DNA of 64,000 bases. It comes from Octopus sinensis. Taxonomy: Eukaryota. Below are positions 53,404 to 64,000 of the stretch, in pieces. The position numbers were made by a program, and so were the translations under genes. The stretch covers positions 24,366,001 through 24,430,000 of the forward strand of contig NC_043012.1 in the NCBI RefSeq assembly GCF_006345805.1, written 5' to 3'. The notes beneath the pieces were generated by a model. It worked only from the letters and a program-made list of their open reading frames with translations. It searched no databases and had not been told where the DNA came from. Position 1 is the first letter of the stretch, and each line of letters starts with the position of its first letter.

Positions 53404-53772
53404 CAAGACTATAAGGTGTGTTATGAGCATTTATAGAACATGTATTCCTATATATACTCAACAAACAATTAAAGATGGAGAAGAAAAGATGTTAAAAGTT
53501 TTATATAATTCTAATCCATGCTGCATATGATTGTTTCAAATGGTAACACCAGCATGTAAGAAACATGGAAGAGATTAAATTAATTATAATTAATTGATTT
53601 AATTAATTATAATTAATTAATACATGTTGGTGTTACCATTCGAAATGATCATATGCATGGATTAAAATTTTATAAACTTTTAACATCTTCTCATTCTTCA
53701 TCAATTAATTGTTTGTTGAGTTTATATAGGATTCATGTTCTATAAGTGCTCATAACACACCTTATAGACTTG
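53404..53772. repeat. Long foldback element, about 152-155-bp arms and a 62-bp AT-rich spacer
   Basis: 53404-53558 versus the reverse complement of 53621-53772, roughly 85% identical by eye. Confidence 0.92.
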
Positions 53773-53976
53773 TGTGTGTATATATATATATATATATATA
53801 CTTACACACACATACATATGCGTGTATGTGATTGAGAGTGTGTTTGTTTACATCCCCATGACTTGATGATTTGGCAAAAGAGACTGACAAAGTACCAGAC
53901 TCAAAATTTAAGTACAGTGTACCAGCATAGCCACAGGCCAATGTCTAAAACTAGTAAAAGATCATAACACAAGCAT

Positions 53977-54039
<63 letters not shown>

Positions 54040-54167
54040 ATGCACACACACAATAATTGGATATTAATGAATGGTAATGAATAAATTTCTTCTACTGTTT
54101 CACAGCTTCATTAATCAGAAATATTATGATTAGTTATATATGTATATTAAACATGTATGTGTGTGTG

Positions 54168-54207
<40 letters not shown>

Positions 54208-55009
54208 TATACAGCTGCAGCATCATCAGACAAAGCAGACATTAAATGATGATGATGATGATTGTTTGTGTGTGTGTGTGCTGACACCTGGGAAGACATA
54301 CTTTCTGATTTTACAGTCCTTTACTTGGTGTTAATTCCAGCAACCAACAGACATGGAACAGTACACTGCAGCAGACATATTTGTACTGAATGAATTTTCC
54401 AACAAAACACATTTTTATTTTGGTCATCTTTAATTAATTAATTAATTAATTAATTAATTAAATTAATTAATTGGTTGTTTTGTTTTTCAACCTAGTTCTT
54501 GTCATTACAATGTTCATTACAAATGGTTCTCTTGTCCATTTTGCTTTCTTTTTCTTTTCTTTTTTTTCTTTGTTTTTTTTTTTATTATGGTGGGAGCAAA
54601 GCAGTGGCAGCAGTCTTCATTTTCACACTGAAGAATGAGAGGACATATAGGATTTTAGGTCAAGTCATTCTACTCTCTCTCTCTCTCTCTCTCAAATATC
54701 TATTTTCCCTGCAGTTCTTGAAGGGTTACAGTGTTTGTGTGTGTGTATATGTATGTGTAGGTGTGTGCTTTTGTAGTTGTTAATTAATCAAGAGGCTAAA
54801 TTATTAGCTTCATTATCATTATTTATTTCAATTTCGCTTAACTGAGAACTAATGAATATCACCAGTTGCTTTTAATCTAGTTCAAGAATCATCTCTCTTA
54901 AGAAGTTAATTTCTAATAAAACAATGTCATCTCTCTTTCTCTTTTTATAACACAGAAAATAAGTCTTTGGGGGATTTATCTATGTAATAAAATCTTCTTA
55001 GTGTAATTT

Positions 55010-55312
55010 TTGGTGTCACATAGAAAGCACCCATGCTAAGAGTGCTGGTGCCACATAAAAGAGTACCCTTGTTGGTGCCATGTAAAAGAGCACCTGTACC
55101 AGGTGAAGAAAGTATCTGTGCCGGCATCATATTGGAGAGCACTCAGTAGATTCTTTAAAGTGGTTGATGTTAGGAAAGGCATTCAGCCATAGAAACCATT
55201 CCAAAACAGACAACTGGAGCCTGGTGCAGCCCTCCAGACTGCCAGCTCCTGTCAAACTGTCCAACCCATGCCAGCATGGAAAATGAACATTAAATAATGA
55301 GGAGGATGATGA
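55010..55312 (+). mobile_element. Family C element, diverged, with short tandem 5' units
   Basis: gtggttgatgttaggaaaggcattcagc ... cccatgccagcatggaaaatg. Confidence 0.8.
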
Positions 55313-55740
55313 TATATGTGAATGATCCCATTTATTTTCTAGTTTAATGATTTCTTTTAATGGCCAGAAGAGCCCAAGATGTTGGAAGCAGAACAAAAGT
55401 ATCTGAATGAATAACAAAAGAAAATAACAAACATGAAACAATGGAGATCTATATTGAGAAAAACCAGATGAAAATAGCAAAATCATTAAGGCACATAAAT
55501 ACACAATAATAAAATAATAAATATTATAAAATAATAAATTGTTAATAATAAAAAACAACAGAAATTCAACAAAAGAAGAACTAAAAAAATAGGTTTGGAT
55601 TGCAATATAGTGCAATTTGGGATACCCCATGCAAAATTCCAGATTATGATGTCACACCAAAAGCGAATGCCATCAGCCCACAGTCATATATTTTGTATAG
55701 GATAGTTTAGCTACATCAGTTTCATCTCTCTGTCACTTAC

Positions 55741-55830
55741 CTTGCATAAGATTTACTAGAAGACAACACCTGTCTCCCTGCCCTGTCCTTCTCTTCAAGT
55801 TCCTCTTGAAGCAATTGATGAGAATTTGGC
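55741..55830 (-). CDS. Candidate 90-nt internal exon of an unidentified gene
   Basis: On minus: gttcctctcAG acceptor, consensus CAAG|GTAAGT donor, length a multiple of 3. Frame (R)PNSHQLLQEELEEKDRAGRQVLSSSKSYAR is coiled-coil-like (phase 2-2); a second frame is also open. Confidence 0.38.
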
Positions 55831-55865
55831 CTGAGAGGAACAGCTCTATCCTCAAAACTTTCAAT

Positions 55866-56109
55866 TCATCATCATCATCATCATTGTTTAACGTCCGTTC
55901 TCCATGCTAGCATGGGTTGGACGGTTCGACCGGGGATCTGGGAAGCCAGAAGGCTGCACCAGGCTCCGGTCTTATCTGGCAATGTTTCTACAGCTGGATG
56001 CCCTTCCTAACGCCAACCACTCCGTGAGTGTTGTGGGTGCTTTTTACGTGCCACCTGCACTGGTGCCAGGCGAGGCTGGCATCGGCAACGGTCAGATTGG
56101 TGCATTTTA
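55866..56109 (-). mobile_element. Family C element, young copy
   Basis: About 98% identical to 14360-14604 in inverted orientation (manual comparison). Confidence 0.92.
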
Positions 56110-56405
56110 CTGTTCATAATTTTTCTTATCCATCTCAATCATCCAGCAGAAGACTGTCCAGTTTTCCATGCTGAAGGAAGACAGGGGTTGATCTGTGAGT
56201 TCAATTCTAGAGCTAGCTGAATTTGTCTCACACTGAATAACAGTTAATCAACAGAAATCCTGAGATCAGCTAAGAACAGATATTGAATGAATGTGTCCTC
56301 GATGGTTTTGTTATCCTGCACACTTTAAAAAGTTTCATTTGTTGGCCAATGTGTCTCTCGAGCACCCTCCTCTCGGGATTCTTTTTAAAATCCTTCAATT
56401 CTTCA

Positions 56406-56572
56406 CAGGAGTGGCTGTGTGGTAAGTAGCTTGTTTACCAACTACATGGTTCCGGGTTCAGTCCCACTGCATGGCACCTTGGGCAAGTGTCTTCTACTAT
56501 AGCCTCGGGCCGACCAAAGCCTTGTGAGTGGATTTGGTAGACGGAAACTGAAAGAAGCCCGTCGTATATATG

Positions 56573-56603
<31 letters not shown>

Positions 56604-56812
56604 TTGTGTGTCTGTGTTTGTCCCCCTAGCATTGCTTGACAACTGATGCTGGTGTATTTATGTCCCCGTTACTTAGCGGTTCGGCAAAAAGAGACTGATA
56701 GAATAAGTACTAGGCTTACAAAAGAATAAGTCCTGGGGTCGAGTTGCTCGACTAAAGGCGGTGCTCCAGCATGGCCGCAGTCAAATGACTGAAACAAGTA
56801 AAGGAGTAAAAG
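56406..56812 (+). mobile_element. SINE family A, full-length reference copy (tRNA head + CORE-like domain; possibly the octopus OR2 type)
   Basis: A box tggctgtgtgg at 56412-56422, B box ggttcagtccc at 56455-56465, CORE-like ccttgggcaagtg ... gaaactgaaagaagc, TA/GT linker, tail gaaacaagtaaaggagtaaaaga. Confidence 0.92.
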
Positions 56813-58779
56813 AAAGTGTATCCTTTCCAGGAGTTCTGAGTAGGCAGTTGGTACCATCAGTACCCTAATTCAGTTTGTTTTCATCTAGGGGAAGAATTAA
56901 TTAATTCTTTCCCCATCATTTGTTGTTATGTCTGTATGTGTTAGGAGAAGGTTCAGTTTTCGCAATGTTGTCCCAAACAACAGAGAAATTGCAAAAAATT
57001 GTTGCTGTTATGGTTGTTGTTGTGTCACTTCTCCTGTTCTCATCTATCTTGACAGGCTTCCACTCTGTATTTAATAAATATTTTAATAACAGGAAAATTT
57101 AGGTATTATGTGAACGGTTTGTTCATTTTGTAAAGAATGCCTTTATTTTTCTTCTGTATATTGAAATTTATCAAAATACCCCGTTTTTTGTTCTATTTTG
57201 TTTTTGAAGATTATGTCAAGATATAAATCCTTGCAATTTATTGCATAGGACTCCCCCACCTCTACTTCTGAACATAAACAAGAATTAACTGTTTCTCAAT
57301 TACAAGAATATAACTAATGTGTGGCATTTCTCTTGTATGACTTGTTTTGCTTAAGAAGAGAGCAAGGATAAAGCATCCATGTATGAAAGAACCTTATTGA
57401 GTTATTCATATTCAGTGATTGATTTATATCACTTTGTGTCTACAGAATCAATGAAAATAATGAACTAATTTTTGCTTGTGTTGGGAACTTAAGTTTGACA
57501 ATAAAGCTTTTTTGTGTTGTCACAAAAATACACACACACACACACACACAAACAACTACTTGAAAAGGAGGTCTACAAAATATACCTTTTTTAGTTTTGG
57601 GTCCAGAATAAAATGTGTCTTTGTTAGGTTAATTCTACCCTCTTCCCAAAGATGACAAAGTAGGTATCAGCCAGTTACTTGGGGGTTGAATTAATCAACT
57701 AACCCCCACCCACAATATTACTGGTCTTTTATCTAAATTAGAAACTATCCTCCTCCTCCTCCTCTTCCTCAAGGCAGCAAAGCTGGAAGAAGCTCTGAGG
57801 TTCCTGTAGTTGGCTTCTCCTCCCCTCAAAATTGCTGGCTTTGTATCAAAATTACGAAGAATCATCATCATCATCATCATCATAGTTTACTCAGATTATA
57901 CCATGAAATTCTTGACTTTTTTTTTTCTTAATCTATCTCTCCTTACCCTCTTTTACTTTCTGATTTCTCTTACCTTTATCTTATCTTATTCTTCACTTCC
58001 TGATTTATCTTTTAAACACCGAGATTACAACTGTATTCCTTCCTTTCACAACTTCTTTTTCTTGTTTTCATGTCTTCACATACTTTTATCTCCTTCTTGT
58101 TTTGTTCTTTTCATTCTCTTTCCTTTCCTTTCCTCAAACTTTTATTTAATTATCTTTGTTTTCTATTCCCTCACCTTCCTCTCGTTACCATCAATTTTGT
58201 GAATATATGACATCATTTCCAACATAGTGCCGTACGTGATTGATTGCAAATGTTCTCTTTGCTAGACTTCCAAAACCTCACCTTGCTCTCTTATGATTGC
58301 ACATAGCCACCAAAACATTTCCAGTTTACTTAAAATATAACAAGTTCATTTACTTCGTTATCCAAATATTGATTTCTATCGGCTAGACAGAAGGTCAGTT
58401 CTTGCAATGGTAGTGGTGAAGGGGGCAGTTCATAACTAAATGAATTTTATCTCAGTATGTTACCATTATTTATTCCGTTGACTCTACCGTCATCCCCAGC
58501 AGATGACAAAAGGGAACCTCTGATGGAATTTATTATCACAGGACAATAACAATACCAAACCTGGATATTATCAAACTCGAGTCTATTTATTCTCAACTTT
58601 TAAATATTGCAGCCTTATCAATTTGTTTGCAACCACTGACTTCTCTCGTTTGCTAAGTTTATACTCCAATATTGAAAAGACTAAAATAAAAATTAAATTT
58701 TAAAAACATTCTATTTTTACTCTATGAGGCTTGTCTGTAAATGTCTTCATTATTTTAACATCCCTTTTCCGTGCTTCCA

Positions 58780-58920
58780 TGGGTTGCTCTTCCTGTCACT
58801 ACAACAAGTGAGGGTTTGCATCAGGAAGGAGGTCCAGCCATAGAAAAACTGCCTAAATAAAATCCATCTGACCCATGGAAATATGGAAAAAGTGGACATT
58901 CAAACAATGATGATGATGAC
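58780..58920 (+). mobile_element. C2-type RTE-tail fragment
   Basis: ctgacccatggaaatatggaaaaagtggacattcaaacaa(TGA)n. Confidence 0.65.
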
Positions 58921-60046
58921 TAAACTTAGCTTAATTTTAAGACAAGAGTTAAGGTAAGGACATCTCGCAAGATCAGTAATCACCATTGACCATAGAACTA
59001 AACGTTGGACGTTTTTATAATCGCTATTCACTCTCTTTGTGATTTATTGATTCTATACAGATTCAATAATTGAAACACTACTTACCCGTTTTCTTTCTTT
59101 CTTTCTTTTTTTTTTTTTTTACCATTTATTTGTTTGTCATGCCTGAAGAGGAAGTGCATTTCTCCTTTGTAAACCGTTTTGGTATTCTTTTGTTGATCAG
59201 AAAAGGATGAAACTGGTATGATTAATTATGCTGAACTTTCTGGTATTGGAAATATTAGTTTTAGGGTAATGAAGTTGGTGGGGGGTGGGAGGACAGAAAG
59301 CAGATATACCACCATTGTTAAAATGTATGAAAATATAAGGTTAATTAAATTAATTAATTAAAACTGCACTCACTTGTGTATCTTGATCAATCTGTGTTTT
59401 ACAATATTCAGTTTGAGATGTGTGTATATTCATATGTACACATATATAAAGATGGCAATAATCACAAAAAGAAAGTATAAGAGGGACATTCTTTAGGAAA
59501 TGTTGCATTAGTTTAATGCTATGTGTATTATATTATGTATGTATATATACACTCACCCACACCCTCACAAACACATATAACCTGTTGAAGTAGGTTTTAA
59601 AAATAGGGTCTTCTAAAGAAATCCTCTTCTCTCAATCTCACACGGATAGGTGGCGTATCTCTGCTTTCTTCCCAGATTTATCACTAATCGGTAGCTAATG
59701 CAGAATCGACATGCTTGAGAATATATTATGTATGTATAAGAAAAAGAAAGAGAGAGAGAAAAAGAGGGGGTCAGATATGATCAGCTGATTCAAAACATAA
59801 TGATTTGGCATTCTTGGCAATCGGCTTTGTTGGGTCATCTTGTTGCCATGGTGACTCAGTCCAGCCTGACCTCCTGTTTTCCCATGACCAACTGGCCGTC
59901 CATTGTCTTCACAACTTGTTTCTATTGGCTCCTGTCCAGTATTCTTAATAATTACTCTGGGATGTTATCTCCCCTGGTTTTACTTGAATCCCTTCTAAGG
60001 TATATCAATGCAGTTCATTTGATGTTTAGGTTCTTTTCTTTTGTTT

Positions 60047-60081
<35 letters not shown>

Positions 60082-62201
60082 ATATATACATATATATACA
60101 CACATACATTAATAGAGATAGATAGATAGATAGATAGTGTGTGTTATCCATTAATATTTACTAGCTATCTACAGCCTTACATCTTCTATATGCTTCTGCA
60201 TCTATCTTTATGTGTGTTTGTATTTATGTATGTCTGTGTATGTATCTGTGAATTTCTATATTTTGTATAATTATTTAGTTGCCTGCACTTCTGATATTGA
60301 TCCCTTTTCAGATCACACATTTTAATCCAATAACAAGAAGAAGAAGATTAAAAAAGATACATATATAAATTGACAAAAATATTTGGAAAGAGAGATAAAT
60401 GTTTAGATCAGTGGATTAAGAAATAGAAACGGAGGGAGGGAAATTTATTCAGTGGTGGGAGTTTCCTGAAAGACAAATAAATTCTGACGGACAGACAGAT
60501 TGATTTGTAGACCAACAGATAGGTTGACAGAGGCAGATAGTGCCAGAGACTTGCTGTTTTACAGATGGTTGTTCTTATTTAGTCCCAAGTTTATCCTACT
60601 GGAGCATCCCTGTGTTTTTTTTTTGTTTTTTTTTTCACTTTTTTTCTTTAAGATATAGCATATTTAGGACCACATCATCTCATGCAGAAGGTCCCTAATC
60701 AGCAGACCAAAGACCAGTCTTGGGTCACACACAAAGACTAAATTTTAAAATTTCATTTCTGTTTCGTTGGCAGTTTGCAGGTCTTTTTGCTAGAATGAAA
60801 TTATATATCATCCCTTTTTTTAATCTATTTTGTTGAGTGTGATTTTTTTCAATCTGGGAAAATCGCTTTGCATGGAACCAATCTATGATGCAGAAATGCT
60901 TGTGGATTGTAGATTTAACATGTTCTTACTTTTTGTAGACAGCTGGATATGAATTAAGGGAGGTTGAGTTGCTGTTTTGTTTTAATTTTTAATTATTAAA
61001 TGTAGATAACAATCAAGAATATTTGGTCAAACTGAGAAAGAGAAAGTAAGCTTTAACACTTTGGAGTGAGTTTTGATTTGTAACATTTTTTTTATTAAAT
61101 TCCAATAGAGTTATTGCTGCTTAATGCTATTTTAATAGCATTTACCTGAAATTAGAAGCCAAAATTGTTACAATTGACATGAAGTTGGCAGTGAGCTGAA
61201 ATTGTCCAAGATCTTTGTTTTAAGTGCACACATGGTTTATCATAGAAGACAAATTGATGTTGAAATTTACTGCTATTATCAACAGACACAAGGAAATAAA
61301 AAGAGGGTTGTTCTTGCAGCTATGATCTCAAACTGCTTCTTAATATTGTAGTTATGCCAAATATGAATATTAAGTTGATAAAAATTATTGTAATATATTA
61401 GGTATTGATCTAATGTGTTTTTTATATATTTGTTTTTAAATGTTATGGTTGTCGTTGTTGTTGTTGTTATTGTTGCCCTTAGATCTTCCTTTCTGATATG
61501 TGTGTGTCTGTGTAAACACATACAAATACAGACATACACACAGAACAGACATAAACACAATACAGACCCAACTCCATTTTGAGAAGTCTTCACTTCTAGT
61601 TGTTTTATTTTCCAAGTTATTTTATTGAATGTAAGTAAACTGAATTATCAAACAACATTCTTGTTTTACATATAATTTATTACTTTATTCCCTCTCTTTC
61701 TTTCTCTCTCTCTCTCTCTCTCCATTTAAAAGAATATATTTTAATTCCTGTAGAATTTGGCAAGCAGTTTTATTATATTCTCTCCATACACACACACACA
61801 CACACACACACGCATGTAATATGTGTGTCAGTGTTTATACGCACGCATGTACAGAGTTTATATGAATACATAATGTACAAAATCTGTATATAATAGCATA
61901 TTATGCGAAGGGCTTGAAACGTGGTATGTGCATATATCGACACATATTCGGTGTGTAAGTCCAGCAGCATTGCTGTCAATGATGGCTGCTGCTGCTGCTG
62001 CTGTTGCTGTTGCTGCTGCTGCTAGTGTGTTAGCAACAAAACTTAGTGTTTCAGTGATGGAGTGTGCTGGAGTGTGATGGTGCCGATGGTGATAGTGTTT
62101 GAACTGGCTGTGTATCAATTGCTGCTCAATTGTTTCATTCAGCCAACCATCCACCCATACACCCACCCCACCCCCTCTCTGCCAGCAGCCATAGCTCTTA
62201 T

Positions 62202-62234
<33 letters not shown>

Positions 62235-62443
62235 CTTTCCACCTCCCTCTCTCTCTCTCTCTCTCTCTGTCACTGCCATCCCTCACACTGCACCTCTACA
62301 ACTAGTTTAAACCTTGGAAACTTGTTTACTCGGTTGCTCCTCCGCTTCAAGGATTGATGGATCTACATTGTTCATAGTTTGATAGATATATCAAATATAC
62401 ACACATATATACGTACTTCCAGATGTATGTGTTTGTGTGTGTG

Positions 62444-62488
<45 letters not shown>

Positions 62489-62812
62489 CACACACAGATA
62501 TATCTAAGTATGTATGTAGATATCTAGATGCAAAGATGAACTCTGACCAGTTTCTTCCCCCATTCTGAAAATACAGCAATGCTGAGTGCTGCCAACTGTC
62601 TGCCTGTGTACATTTATATTGAAAATAAAACTTCCTCCTTATATCACTCGACCTGGTCCTCCTAACCCTTACTCACTAATGGGCTGCTTGCTACTGCAGT
62701 TGTCCTTTGCGTTTGCTTTTTTTTTTTTAAGAATATATATTTTTTTTTACTGTTTTGATGTAAGGTGGTTAATTGATGCTATTCATATTGAAGAGAGTCT
62801 TCCCTTTCTGTG

Positions 62813-62843
<31 letters not shown>

Positions 62844-62888
62844 GTAGCTCTCTGCTTAGCTATCTATCTACCCATCTGTATATTCGCA

Positions 62889-62919
<31 letters not shown>

Positions 62920-62924
<5 letters not shown>

Positions 62925-63006
62925 GATAGATAGATAGATAGATATATATGTATAGATATATATATGTATAGATATATATATGTATATATATATATGTATA
63001 GATATA

Positions 63007-63039
<33 letters not shown>

Positions 63040-63274
63040 GTTATATATATATATTATATATATATGTATATATATGCGTATATATATATGTATATATATA
63101 TATGTATATATATATGTATATATATATGTATATATATATGCGTATATATATATGTGTATATATATGCGTATATATATATGTGTGTATATATATGCGTATA
63201 TATATATGTGTATATATATATGTGTATATGTATATATATATGTGTATATATATATGTGTATATATATATATATG

Positions 63275-63305
<31 letters not shown>

Positions 63306-63315
63306 GTATATATAT
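62920..63315. repeat. About 400-bp degenerate (TA)/(TATG)/(GATA) microsatellite
   Basis: Seen directly; source of the IYIY ORFs. Confidence 0.95.
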
Positions 63316-63834
63316 CCTTATCTATTGATCAGTCCGTTTATGTCCTTTTCTTTCTCTTAGAGTGTGTCTATGTGCACACATACACACACACACACACAGA
63401 GTTTTCTAGTTTATCCATCTAAGTATTTGTATTAACATCTTGTATAGATAGAAGCATTTGCCAGTATATAGATATAGTTTTGTGTATATTTTTCTACACC
63501 CATGTACTATACGTAAGGGTATGTATGTATGTATGTATGTATGTATGTATGTGTGTGTGTGTGTGTGTGTATGCACATACACTCATTTTTGCCTTTAATC
63601 TACAAACGTATTAGTAAACATTTGGTTAGAACATGATAGTATTAAATAAATAAATAAATTTTCAAAATAATAATAATAAAACCCAACAAAAATGAAAAAT
63701 AAATAAATGAATAAATTTCATATTTAGCTTGTTCTCTGGAATAGGTTTGCTGAAGCAGAGAAATGGAATGAAGTAGAGGTTTGGTGGTGGAGTGCATGGA
63801 GGAGGTGGGCTGTGTTGTTCGTCATGATTATGAT

Positions 63835-63842
63835 GACATTGG

Positions 63843-63874
<32 letters not shown>

Positions 63875-63945
63875 GTGGCAGTGGTAACAGTGACAGTGTT
63901 GAGGATGATGAGGATGATGATGATGATGATGATGATGATGGTGGT
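63835..63945. repeat. (GAT)n-rich low-complexity tract
   Basis: Seen directly. Confidence 0.85.
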
Positions 63946-64000
63946 TGTTTCTGTGCAAGTGTCTGCTGCTGCTGTTGTAGCTAAAATGTTTTGGGTTGTT

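Noticed and set aside
14312-56119. Near-identical ORFs MLAWVGRFDRGSGKPEG... at 14312-14563 and 55904-56119, and MSSNARG... at 6893 and 56442
   Set aside because: Antisense read-through of SINE copies, not paralogous genes.
56406-56475. tRNA gene
   Set aside because: A and B boxes are present, but there is no full cloverleaf and the sequence continues into a SINE body.
61858-62286. Poly-Ala/His minus-strand ORF, and the Ser/Gln-rich frame at 63662-63984
   Set aside because: Explained by trinucleotide repeats; no convincing pair of splice sites.
61-63422. The many [12 protein letters not shown] and poly-I/L ORFs in the track
   Set aside because: They are translations of TA, GT, CA and ATT microsatellites.

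Overview
AT-rich eukaryotic genomic DNA, dense in microsatellites and interspersed repeats. The SINE repertoire and microsatellite load strongly suggest an octopus (coleoid cephalopod) genome; this is inference from pattern recognition. There is no long protein-coding ORF: almost all ORFs in the track are microsatellite or SINE read-throughs. The window reads as intronic or intergenic DNA. It holds dozens of tRNA-derived SINEs (a CORE-type family A, a Nin-domain-type family B, and RTE-tailed (GAT)n families C/C2), three RTE-clade LINE relics, piggyBac-like and hAT-like MITEs, and a 5'- and 3'-truncated U2 snRNA pseudogene. A few short candidate exons occur on both strands, but no host gene can be named. 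The most interesting signal is a set of (TA)n-associated inverted-repeat (foldback) elements from several unrelated sequence families. Two of them carry recognisable degenerate type I minimal hammerhead ribozyme motifs (three copies at 25739-25876, one at 16729-16763), which points to non-autonomous Penelope-like or retrozyme-like elements. Repeat boundaries were placed by eye and may be off by 10-20 bp.
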